Program-made: the position numbers and the translations under genes | Virus record (IMG/VR): IMGVR_UViG_3300042402_003062 | Span: 5,558-69,557 of that record | Origin: a virus | Length of the DNA: 64,000 bases | Strand: one strand, 5' to 3' | Shown: in pieces, positions 8,881 to 17,714 of the stretch | Position numbering within the stretch: the stretch's first letter is position 1 | Layout of the letters: each line of letters opens with the position of its first letter | The notes under the pieces: generated by a model | Databases searched by the model: none | Told to the model about the DNA's origin: nothing | The model's input: the letters and a program-made list of their open reading frames with translations, nothing else

Positions 8881-10779
8881 ATGAATACAATTCGTCAGCA
8901 AATACTAACCAATCGTTTGGAGCTACCAGTCATACGTGACCTACAAGTAACTCCTGAAGTCCAAGCTATGTTCCGCTCTATGTGGAATCATTACGTGGCT
9001 CGTGGGGCCGGAGAACCCACTTCTATGACGTTTTGGGCACAACAAATCCGTAACCCTAAACTACACAATCAAGTATTACGTATTTTAAGCGACGCAGGAT
9101 GGATCACAGTATCCACTAAGCCTAACTCAAATTGGTCAGAAGCATTCCTAAACGAGGCAAAACTCCTTAAGTACTGTACTCGTGAAGAATTGGACCGTAC
9201 TCGTATGTTCCACAAATTCACCAAGTACCAACTTGAGCTGCACCACGAAGACCAAGACTTCGGTGCTAATGTAACTAAAGTCCGTGGTAAACGTATGAAT
9301 ACAGGCTTATTTCGCCCAGGCTTTGCTAAATCCGGTAAAGTACAGTATTCATTCGACACACAAGCTATCTTTGATAACCAGGAATTTGTTCTATCTCAAG
9401 TAAACAAAGGTATCATCAATATGATTGACAAATACCCAGATATTCGTAATGACCACGCTAATTACGAAGAGCTCGGTAGAGAAATTCTAGAAGCATATAT
9501 GTTCTCATCTACTAACCTATACTCAGGTGGACCGCGCACAAGTGACCCACGTGGTCGCAACAATCGCGGTGATCTCAACCGTATCGGCAACCCAGTCGGC
9601 TTCAAAGTTATGCGTTCACTACTAGTTATACCTGAACAGTATCGTAACCAAGCTACTACTGCAGGCCTACGCAATAAGTTCCTGTTTATCGCTGAACTTA
9701 TGGGTTTCAAATCCGGATCGGCCCAAGCTAAAGTTGACTTCGGTCGTAAATGTTACTATACAGAAGCAACTCATCCAGGCACTACTGATGAGCATATCGT
9801 AGAGAACCTATGGATTCTACGCACATACCAAGACATTACCAACGCATTTGGTAATACGCCACTATTCGGCATACTTAGTAAGCGTGCTATAGCAGGAAAG
9901 CTTAACTTTGCTGACCCAGTCATTGTTTCATATAAATGGCAAGTCCCTATTGAAATAGATATGTCAGCATCAGTCTTAGGCTACCTGTCTTTACTATTAA
10001 ATCATCGTCCGTTCATGGAGCGTTGTAACATACTTGCAGGTGACTTATCTGATGCTTGGGGTCACCCAGTTGTCACCAATCGCAAACAGTTCAAAACAGC
10101 TATGCGCCCAATGTACGGGTCTCAGCTATCTGCTCAAGCTATGTGGAATGACATGAACATTGTGTACACACCGCAAGAAGTAGTAGCGTTCCAGCACGAA
10201 CTTGACCATGGTGAGTTCAAAGTTGCCACAGCATTTAAAGATTTCTTAATCAACAATGCCAAAATGCAACCAGAAATGAACCTAGTTGTAAACGGTCAAA
10301 CAGTGCATACCTATTGTAACCGCTTCCACAATGTTGGTGAGCAAACTCTCACATATGACTTATTCGACACAGCTACAGGTCGTATTCGCCGTATCCAGAA
10401 CACTACAACTACTCGCGTACCTGATCTTAAATCGTTTAAGCGTTACAGCATAACAGGCCTTATTCATGGTCTTGATAACCAACCTATGGATAACACTATC
10501 GGTCATGTCATTGATACATATGGCTTTGCTATTGATATTCATGACGCTATCATCTGTTGTGCTGAATCAGCTGACTTTGCTCGTAATGTATATGCTAACG
10601 GCAAAACTCAAGACGAACCAAGCCTTAAGCAAATTCACACCAATCGTAACTCTATCTTGCAAGACTACATCCGTAGCCTTAATATTCCAGCATCTGCTAT
10701 GGCAGAATGGAAGCAAGTCCAAGCTCTTGTAGAACCTCTCACAGAAGAGCTACATATCTCTCCATTAGTCCTCAAGTAG
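8881..10779 (+). CDS. single-subunit T7/N4 RNAPII-like RNA polymerase
   Basis: DPRGR, motif A EIDMSAS, motif B RKQFKTAMRPMYGS, IHGLD and motif C IHDA. Confidence 0.85.
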   Translation: MNTIRQQILTNRLELPVIRDLQVTPEVQAMFRSMWNHYVARGAGEPTSMTFWAQQIRNPKLHNQVLRILSDAGWITVSTKPNSNWSEAFLNEAKLLKYCTREELDRTRMFHKFTKYQLELHHEDQDFGANVTKVRGKRMNTGLFRPGFAKSGKVQYSFDTQAIFDNQEFVLSQVNKGIINMIDKYPDIRNDHANYEELGREILEAYMFSSTNLYSGGPRTSDPRGRNNRGDLNRIGNPVGFKVMRSLLVIPEQYRNQATTAGLRNKFLFIAELMGFKSGSAQAKVDFGRKCYYTEATHPGTTDEHIVENLWILRTYQDITNAFGNTPLFGILSKRAIAGKLNFADPVIVSYKWQVPIEIDMSASVLGYLSLLLNHRPFMERCNILAGDLSDAWGHPVVTNRKQFKTAMRPMYGSQLSAQAMWNDMNIVYTPQEVVAFQHELDHGEFKVATAFKDFLINNAKMQPEMNLVVNGQTVHTYCNRFHNVGEQTLTYDLFDTATGRIRRIQNTTTTRVPDLKSFKRYSITGLIHGLDNQPMDNTIGHVIDTYGFAIDIHDAIICCAESADFARNVYANGKTQDEPSLKQIHTNRNSILQDYIRSLNIPASAMAEWKQVQALVEPLTEELHISPLVLK

Positions 10780-10803
10780 GGCTATTACTCATAAGGATTT
10801 AAT

Positions 10804-11118
10804 ATGTTAATCAATCTTACACCACACACAATCACTGAAGTAACTACAGGCGTAGCAATCCCTGCATCAGGCAGAGTTGTCCGTATCAAAACATCCACTG
10901 TCAAAACATCAGACTTCCTAGGATTTCCTATATTTGAATCTATTCTAGGTTCAATTGAAGGCTTACCAGAGCCAGAGGAAGGTGTTATGTACCTAGTCTC
11001 AGCTCTTGTTATGTCAGCATGTCCACACCGTATGGACTTACTCGCACCAGGCAACGCAGTTCGTAATGAACACGGCCAAACTTGTGGCTGTGTAGGATTT
11101 CGTAGCAATCAAAAGTAG
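10804..11118 (+). CDS. conserved phage hypothetical protein
   Basis: NLTPH...GLPEPEEGVMYLVS pattern, common in phage proteins. Confidence 0.7.
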   Translation: MLINLTPHTITEVTTGVAIPASGRVVRIKTSTVKTSDFLGFPIFESILGSIEGLPEPEEGVMYLVSALVMSACPHRMDLLAPGNAVRNEHGQTCGCVGFRSNQK

Positions 11119-11145
11119 TAGCCCATTTGGGTTACCCTTTTTTTT
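11118..11145 (+). terminator. rho-independent terminator
   Basis: GTAGCCC-ATTT-GGGTTAC hairpin followed by a T run. Confidence 0.75.
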
Positions 11146-11185
11146 ATTTGTTACAAAAGATAGAACCCCACATATCGGAGCATTT

Positions 11186-11707
11186 ATGGCTTATATTATA
11201 TTCGTCCTCGTTGTCGTATTCTGGTGGCTATGGCTACCACCTTTAATTAACTTATTGCTGTACTTCACAAAGAATCTCCCATTTTCTTTTTTTGTACCAG
11301 CCAGAGCCCCATTTATTGAGCATTCCACAGAACCTAAACCACCTCGCTACATTGGTACAACATTTGATTCATTTATGAACCCAGATCCCTATAATGGTAC
11401 TAGTATGGGCCAATTTATGTCAGCTGATGCCAAAGCTCACTACCTACGTTCAGAGAAATGGCAGGAACTACGCAAAATCATACTTGAACGCGATGCGCAT
11501 AGGTGTCAATCTTGTTGGTCACGCACCAATCTACAAGTACACCATATATCCTATCTTAATCTTGGCAACGAATTGCAGGATGACTTAGTATGTTTATGCA
11601 GTACATGTCACGAAAAACTCCATTTAGACCTAGGGTATGACAGAGAAACGACTTTCGATATCTCAACAACCAAAAACCCTTTTTTCCCTCAACAAGCCCT
11701 CAACTAA
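11186..11707 (+). CDS. HNH endonuclease with an N-terminal hydrophobic segment
   Basis: ERDAHRCQSC...LQVHH...LCSTCHEKLH; the first ~28 aa are hydrophobic. Confidence 0.8.
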   Translation: MAYIIFVLVVVFWWLWLPPLINLLLYFTKNLPFSFFVPARAPFIEHSTEPKPPRYIGTTFDSFMNPDPYNGTSMGQFMSADAKAHYLRSEKWQELRKIILERDAHRCQSCWSRTNLQVHHISYLNLGNELQDDLVCLCSTCHEKLHLDLGYDRETTFDISTTKNPFFPQQALN

Positions 11708-11716
11708 GGATTCACT

Positions 11717-11935
11717 ATGTCAAACGATTTACACACAATTTTACAAACTATTAATATAGTCAATTATGAAGGTCTCAAGAACATAAATATAAAAGTGGAA
11801 GACCTATTATTGCTACGAGCAACAATTCTTGATCAACAGGTTGCATTAACTAGAGTAAGCAGAGAATTAACAAACGCTCAAAACCGAGCTCTAGCACGAA
11901 TAGTAGAAACACATCACTTCGACACATACGTATAA
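11717..11935 (+). CDS. hypothetical protein
   Basis: TAAGGA RBS. Confidence 0.55.
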   Translation: MSNDLHTILQTINIVNYEGLKNINIKVEDLLLLRATILDQQVALTRVSRELTNAQNRALARIVETHHFDTYV

Positions 11936-11946
11936 AGGAGCAAGAA

Positions 11947-12336
11947 ATGGACACATCATTTAAAGTTGGAGACAAAGTCTTTAGTTACGCTAGACAAGAA
12001 TGGGGAACAGTTAAAAATATTGATACTACCCATTATCCAGTAAAAGTATACTTTTTATCTGGGAATCTAGAAAACTACACCAAGTCAGGGACATACCAAA
12101 TAACTGATAAAGCTCCAGATTTATTTTTTGATGAAGTATCAATAGACCCTCCACTAAGACCCGTCACAAATCTTGCGATTGATACAAAAGTATTGGTACG
12201 AGAAGACGGAGCCACGCACAGACGTTACTTCTCTCATTTTTCAGATGGAGAGATATACTGTTTTAACAATGGTCAAACTTCTTGGACAGCAAGTGGTGCA
12301 TCATCCTGGCCTTACTGGGAACTAGCCGACAAATAA
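11947..12336 (+). CDS. hypothetical protein (FKVGD family)
   Basis: AAGGAG RBS; FKVGD start shared with the 14046 and 17715 genes. Confidence 0.7.
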   Translation: MDTSFKVGDKVFSYARQEWGTVKNIDTTHYPVKVYFLSGNLENYTKSGTYQITDKAPDLFFDEVSIDPPLRPVTNLAIDTKVLVREDGATHRRYFSHFSDGEIYCFNNGQTSWTASGASSWPYWELADK

Positions 12337-12376
12337 AAAACCAACCCAACCTTAATTCAAATATAAAGGAATCCAC

Positions 12377-12511
12377 ATGTCATTTAAAATATTCGCAGAT
12401 GCAGTTAATGCTAAATTTATTGAGCTTTCAAAGCAAGGAGAGTTATTCTCCACCAATGTGAGTAAAGAGGAATTGCACGTTTACAGAATAACCTGTAAAG
12501 GACTCCTATGA
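12377..12511 (+). pseudogene. probable truncated remnant of a larger phage protein
   Basis: MSFKIFADAVNAKFIELSKQGELF...KEEL resembles, from memory, the N terminus of a much longer phage protein family, but the ORF stops after 44 aa. Confidence 0.35.
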
Positions 12512-12906
12512 AACTCTATCATTTTGATTTTAATTCATCATTTACGTACAAAGAGTTACAAAAACATAAAGTATTGGAGTCTTTAGACATTCATTGGGAA
12601 CGTAAATCAAATCATCCTGAATATGTGCATGTGTCAAATCCTACTGAAGCTCACACTGATCACATGGAAGAACTTCAAGCTAATTGGCAAATATTTCCAA
12701 TGGACTATATCATTGAACACTTTCCACAAGGTCTTGAAATGCCTTGGTCAGGACGCAAGCATTTACTCACCCATGAACAATTTGAGTGTGTGTATAAATT
12801 TGGTACATTAGACCAAATTATCACTACCCCAGAAACACAACAAATCGATCTTGATAAATTATCAGATCTCATTGTTAACAAACTTAAACCACTCCTAAAG
12901 GATTAA
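12508..12906 (+). CDS. hypothetical protein
   Basis: AAGGA RBS, 132 aa. Confidence 0.65.
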   Translation: MKLYHFDFNSSFTYKELQKHKVLESLDIHWERKSNHPEYVHVSNPTEAHTDHMEELQANWQIFPMDYIIEHFPQGLEMPWSGRKHLLTHEQFECVYKFGTLDQIITTPETQQIDLDKLSDLIVNKLKPLLKD

Positions 12907-12908
12907 CT

Positions 12909-13298
12909 ATGCAAATCACAACCGCCGCAGCAATTGCAGGTCTTCATACACGCTACGATGTCGCTACAAAGTGCAAGATCGTTTCATTTATCATGAGCTC
13001 TAGCTACCCAACTAAAGCAGCTCTCAACCTACGCATCGAAGGTCTTGCTGTTCAGTTTGGGGTAAACCCAGTATCGATCAAAGTTTGGTGTGCCAAATAT
13101 GCTACAACATACATGCAAGGAATGGCACTCCCAGCAGGAGTTATGTCATTCGTAGCAACACCAATCCTCAACGCAGAAATTAATGTTGTCTCACAAAAAC
13201 TTGCCACAATCCGCAGCAACCTACTCGTTGTCCAACGTCAGTACCATCCAGGGTCTACAAACAAATCCACAGAAATCCTTGGAAAACTTATCAAGTAA
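12909..13298 (+). CDS. HTH-like DNA-binding protein
   Basis: YDVATKCKIV...LAVQFGVNPVSIKVW helix-turn-helix pattern. Confidence 0.5.
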   Translation: MQITTAAAIAGLHTRYDVATKCKIVSFIMSSSYPTKAALNLRIEGLAVQFGVNPVSIKVWCAKYATTYMQGMALPAGVMSFVATPILNAEINVVSQKLATIRSNLLVVQRQYHPGSTNKSTEILGKLIK

Positions 13299-13498
13299 CA
13301 AACTATCTTAAAGGTCTGGCATATGAAACAAAATACTAAGCAAATATTAGAATTGCTTCCAGTTATAGGCCTAATGCTAGCCCTTGCTATAATAATTGAA
13401 CTGGCAAACTCTACAACGTTTTAGGAATAAATTTCTATAAAGCACATTACTTAACTGCTGTGATGCTTAGAGTTATATTTTTACACTAAAGGAACAAT

Positions 13499-14046
13499 AT
13501 GATTAAACATATCATTGGATACTCATTAATAGTATCAGTAGCAATCTACACAATCAACTTACAAGAACAGACAATTACAGAATTGGACCATAATAATTAC
13601 TCACTAGCAGCTCAGTTATCTGTATGCAATGCAGAGTATAATGATAGTGACGAGATTATAGCTCATCAGCAACTTGTCATTAAGATTATGGAAGATGGTG
13701 CTTCACTTAAAGAAGCTAATATAATTGTTGATACTGCTGAGGATAACAATGTATCCCCAAAGTTTTAGCATCTATCTGTAAGTCAGAGAGTGACTATAGA
13801 CAAGATGTTACTCATGCTGTACCTTATGTGATAGGTGCTTTTGGTATATCAATTAAAGATGGAGACCTATTGCCTTGTAGTCCTTATACGTTTAAAGGCA
13901 ATGCTGAATGTTCAGCAGTACGATTAAGACGTAACCTAAATAAGTATCAAGGTAATTATATGAAAGCTCTTACTGCTTATAAGGGTATATGTAAGCTAGG
14001 TAGAGAACAAGCACGAGATGTGCTAAATCATTCAAAGGAGTTATGA
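13499..14046 (+). pseudogene. lytic transglycosylase (SLT) with an N-terminal membrane anchor, split by a 1-nt frameshift
   Basis: Frame 1 ends NVSPKF* (TAG 13766-13768). The -1 frame continues LASICKSESDY...GNAECSAVRL...GNYMKALTAY, giving the SLT ES and ALxAY motifs. Confidence 0.65.
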
Positions 14047-14375
14047 TGGAATTTAAAGTAGGCGATTGGGTTAGAAGTAATGTATTCGGTATAGGCAAAA
14101 TAGATTCTTTACATAAAGGGTGCACTACTACTGTTCGTGTAAAAGGTTGGCATACTAGAGACACCAGAGACAACACTAGAAACTATGATATTAATATACA
14201 ACACTGTGAACTTTGGCAACCAAAAGTAGGCGAATGGGTTTGGTCACAAGTTTTAGACTACAAAATTCCAACCATTATAGAGGTAACTCAACAACATATT
14301 GATGAAGATTGGTTAAATTATAGTAACTGTGAGCCATTTATAGGTACATTACCTAGTTTTATAAAGGAGTTATGA
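14046..14375 (+). CDS. hypothetical protein (WxPKxGEW / EPFIGxLP family)
   Basis: FKVGDWV, WQPKVGEWVW, CEPFIGTLPSF. Confidence 0.7.
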   Translation: MEFKVGDWVRSNVFGIGKIDSLHKGCTTTVRVKGWHTRDTRDNTRNYDINIQHCELWQPKVGEWVWSQVLDYKIPTIIEVTQQHIDEDWLNYSNCEPFIGTLPSFIKEL

Positions 14376-14725
14376 TGACAATATCAATGGACAAACAATA
14401 CACATCAAACGGTAAACCAGTACGTATTTTATGTACTGATAGACCATGTAATAAATCAGTAGTAACTATGGATGAAGATGGTTGTATTGGTACTTTTACA
14501 TTAGAAGGAAAATGGCTTTGTTCAGAAGATAGTTCCAATGACCTAAAAGAAGTATGGACTCCTAAGTGTGGAGAGTTATGCTATTTTTGGGAAGATGGCT
14601 ATTCAAGAATTGTAGTTGATGTGTTCCAAAAGAAGCGTGAGCTATTTTATATAGATAGTTTGAATAGTTCTTGGCAATACTGTGCTCCATTTGATGGTAC
14701 GCTTCCAGAAGGATTTGTGAAATGA
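14372..14725 (+). CDS. hypothetical protein (WxPKxGE family)
   Basis: WTPKCGELCYFW, CAPFDGTLP. Confidence 0.7.
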   Translation: MMTISMDKQYTSNGKPVRILCTDRPCNKSVVTMDEDGCIGTFTLEGKWLCSEDSSNDLKEVWTPKCGELCYFWEDGYSRIVVDVFQKKRELFYIDSLNSSWQYCAPFDGTLPEGFVK

Positions 14726-14994
14726 CACAAGATGAATTTTATAGCAAGTTAATGCAAGATGTAGAATATATATTCAGAACTGGTTTCAAACTATCACCTG
14801 AGATATTTATGCAAACAATGTCTTATGCTAGTGAACAATATGAGCTATTAAGTAAGCGCATTGCAGAACTTGAAGCACTGCAAGCTCCTAAAAGTTGTGA
14901 TGGGTGTAAATGGGAAGATACTATTATTCATCTAATTTGTATGCATTGTAGTAGAGATGGTGAAGATTTATACGAACCAAAGGACTCAAAATGA
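14722..14994 (+). CDS. small Cys-rich hypothetical protein
   Basis: CDGC...CMHC; ATGA overlap with the upstream gene. Confidence 0.6.
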   Translation: MTQDEFYSKLMQDVEYIFRTGFKLSPEIFMQTMSYASEQYELLSKRIAELEALQAPKSCDGCKWEDTIIHLICMHCSRDGEDLYEPKDSK

Positions 14995-15206
14995 CTGAAA
15001 CATACACATTTAGTAGAGCCCTACATTTGATGCGATATGGTCGGAAGAAGATGAAGTGTTTAGAAAGCGAAAACAACGAGATGGTTAAATATTTATTTGT
15101 TAATGAGTGTCAATTATATGGAATGACGGATGATGATATTCAATTTGTTGCTAATATACATTCTCGTTTAATTATGGGAAGTTGGATTGAGGTTAAAGAT
15201 GCTTGA
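14991..15206 (+). CDS. small protein, weakly DUF2829/Tad2-like
   Basis: YTFSRAL..M..G.K at the N terminus and LIMGSWIEV at the C terminus. Confidence 0.4.
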   Translation: MTETYTFSRALHLMRYGRKKMKCLESENNEMVKYLFVNECQLYGMTDDDIQFVANIHSRLIMGSWIEVKDA

Positions 15207-15527
15207 ACTATCATTCTCAATACTACTGCTATCAATGTCAGTGCTATGCTTATCAGCATCAATAGCAATATTTCTAAACAAGGAGACAGAAGATGACCAA
15301 GCAAGAGATGATTAGTATGCTTATCCTACTATCACAGATGGAAGGATTCATACTAGGTAAGGTTGGAATGCATACTCTACCAGATTATGTAGCAGAGTCT
15401 CTATCAGATATGTGTGAGCTATTAGCTAAGAAGATAAAGGATGAAGAATGACAGTAACACTACTACTATCTGCTTCAGCATTATGTATAGCAGCAGTTAT
15501 ATCAATGCTTACAACAAAGGACTCAAA

Positions 15528-15743
15528 ATGACTTGTAAGGACTTATCTAGCGAAGTAGTAATATTTGTAGTAATAGTAGTAACAATATTAACAATATCTA
15601 CAGCAATACAGTATATGTCTTGGCTAACTGCAATCCCAATCGAATGTATTGATGGCGAACTATATGAAGTTACTTATGAAGGTAACATAAAAATACTAGA
15701 CAAACAATATGGCGACATATGTATTGCAGAGAAAACGAAATAA
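15528..15743 (+). CDS. small membrane protein
   Basis: AAGGA RBS before ATG 15528; hydrophobic helix. Confidence 0.55.
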   Translation: MTCKDLSSEVVIFVVIVVTILTISTAIQYMSWLTAIPIECIDGELYEVTYEGNIKILDKQYGDICIAEKTK

Positions 15744-15773
15744 CAATATGAAAAATAAACTAAAGGATAAACC

Positions 15774-16535
15774 ATGTTAGAACCACAATGTAAAGTGCGA
15801 TTGTTACATAATTCACCACTTTGGATCGGAGCAAATGGAGCTCGTACTTGTTGGGACTCAGGAGATAAATCAGATACTTGCATCCATCAACTTAAAAACA
15901 AATGGAATGGAAATAAAAAATGTTATTATTCAGAATGCAAATTATGCGGCAAAACAACTTCAGCAAACATTCTTGAACCACAATGTGGACCTAAAGATGC
16001 AGAACTCTTAGATCGTGTTGGCAATAAATTCAAGCATGCTTCGATTTTGGAACACTTAACATATTGTTTCTATATCACAGACATTAGTCGTGCTCTGCTT
16101 CAAGAGCTTAGTCGCCATCGTATGACATCACCAAGCGTAAAATCTACACGATACACTCTCAAAGAGTTAAAAGAAGAAGATTCATTTACTGACGAAGAAG
16201 GATATTTTGAAAAAGATGAAAAAGCTAGAGCTCATAAATATCTTGTTTTCACTGGAAATGATCTAGTAGATCTTATGAGTATCCGTGCTCTTGAAAATCT
16301 TAGACAATGTATCCAATCTGGAACAAGCAATGATCTTGCAAAGTATTGTCTTCCAGAAGCCTACAAGACAGAAGAACAACTCACTATCAATGCTCGCAGC
16401 CTTCAGAATCTTCTATCTCTACGTAGCGATAAATCAGCTCTATGGGAGATTCGTCAATTAGCACATGCCATTTACGATGCATTGCCAGAAGAACATACAT
16501 ATCTATTTGCAGACCATCTCAAGGAAGAGTTATGA
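15774..16535 (+). CDS. thyX: flavin-dependent thymidylate synthase
   Basis: HASILEH, SRALLQELSRHRMTSPSVKSTRY (ThyX motif), INARSL, LWEIR. Confidence 0.95.
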   Translation: MLEPQCKVRLLHNSPLWIGANGARTCWDSGDKSDTCIHQLKNKWNGNKKCYYSECKLCGKTTSANILEPQCGPKDAELLDRVGNKFKHASILEHLTYCFYITDISRALLQELSRHRMTSPSVKSTRYTLKELKEEDSFTDEEGYFEKDEKARAHKYLVFTGNDLVDLMSIRALENLRQCIQSGTSNDLAKYCLPEAYKTEEQLTINARSLQNLLSLRSDKSALWEIRQLAHAIYDALPEEHTYLFADHLKEEL

Positions 16536-16789
16536 AAATAGAAACTAAATTTAATATAGGTGATGAAATATTCATTCTAAATGGTGGCTCTATTGAGCAT
16601 AGAAGAATAAATGGAATAAAGATAGACTGTTCTCAAGTAAATCCAATAACTAATGCTAGTATCAAAACAGCTACCATTATTACATACCTTCTTAATGGAA
16701 TTTCAGCAAAAGAAGATAGTTGCTATGAAAAAAAAGAAGATGCTGCCAAACACTGGTTAAGAAAACAAGGCATCAACGATCTAAAATAA
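16532..16789 (+). CDS. hypothetical protein
   Basis: MKIETKFNIGD start, overlapping the thyX stop. Confidence 0.65.
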   Translation: MKIETKFNIGDEIFILNGGSIEHRRINGIKIDCSQVNPITNASIKTATIITYLLNGISAKEDSCYEKKEDAAKHWLRKQGINDLK

Positions 16790-16834
16790 TCATTAAACCC
16801 TCATATGGGTTGTGACTAATTTTTAATCATTAGA

Positions 16835-17351
16835 GCCACCATCTTAGGATGGTTGTGTGGAGTACACTATAGCAGAGACCCAACTAAATGCAAATTGGAG
16901 TGTACTCTCCACAGTCATCTAGAGAAGATACTGTCACAAACCAATCTATGTGTGTTTAATCGTATAGCAGTGGTCTCAATTGGTTGAGATTGCAACTGTT
17001 ATCCTCGCTGATAGCACGAGGTATTAGCTATCAAAAAACTTACAGTGATAAACTTTTAAATAAAAGTCTAAAGATTTAGTCACGATATAGGAATGTTTCA
17101 CTGTCATTCGCTATATCACATTAAATATTTAATGAAGTATACTGCTAATACAGTTAATGACTACAGCACCCTAAGAAGTGTTAAAACCTGTATAGATGTT
17201 TGACTTGGTAGTAGTAGCCAAGCCCTGAAAAGTCAGGGAGCAGTATGTTTCACAAAATATTTAATGAAGCATACTTGTAAAATCCGTGTTATTGTGCCAT
17301 CGTTCGAGTTGGGTAAGCAAGACTTAGGCTAGTATGTTTCACAAAATATTT
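16835..17351 (+). ncRNA. structured non-coding RNA cluster (unidentified)
   Basis: ORF-free ~520 nt with a long hairpin (16848-16919), a pseudoknot (17003-17033) and two repeated closing stems (17123-17262 and 17255-17351). Confidence 0.55.
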
Positions 17352-17364
17352 ACTAGGAGCTATC

Positions 17365-17472
17365 ATGAAGAAATTCTTCGGAGAACGTGACTCCTTAACA
17401 TTTATCATTGGAGCAGATTGTTACAAACCAGGAATCTCTGGTGAAAATATTACTGACGGTGGTGACATCTAA
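17365..17472 (+). CDS. 35-aa peptide
   Basis: AGGAG RBS; MKKFFGERDSLTFIIGADCYKPGISGENITDGGDI. Confidence 0.45.
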   Translation: MKKFFGERDSLTFIIGADCYKPGISGENITDGGDI

Positions 17473-17477
17473 ATAAC

Positions 17478-17630
17478 TACATAGTGGCGGAAGAATAAGT
17501 TTGAGCGGACCCGCTTGGTGGGTTGCCAGCCTCTCTTTATAGACGCAAGGCAAAGTGACTAAGTGACAAACCATAGATAACCAACTAGGGCTTAGTATCA
17601 TCCAAGAGTGTGAGTCTCTTGGCTATGTAC
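17478..17630 (+). ncRNA. tRNA-like RNA with insertions
   Basis: Acceptor stem TACATAG/CTATGTA, D-arm ends TGGCGGAA...TAGACGC, T-like arm CCAAGAG-TGTGAGT-CTCTTGG. Confidence 0.55.
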
Positions 17631-17714
17631 ATTCTAGTACTTACTAGAGAGCATTGGAACATTAGCATCTTACTAATTGCATTGCCCCCCAATAAATACT
17701 ATAAAGGAACTATA

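Noticed and set aside
17003-17080. tmRNA (pk1-like pseudoknot followed by an A run)
   Set aside because: No GGGG 5' end, no G3-U alanine acceptor stem, no CCA end and no tag peptide ending in AA.
17147-17238. Hammerhead or twister ribozyme in the first cassette
   Set aside because: TTAATGA and AAAAC only loosely resemble the CUGANGA/GAAA core; required residues are missing.
17123-17351. CRISPR array
   Set aside because: Only two units, the arms are inverted pairs, the inserts are unequal and long, and there is no cas operon. The Cas4-like nuclease is an ordinary phage exonuclease.
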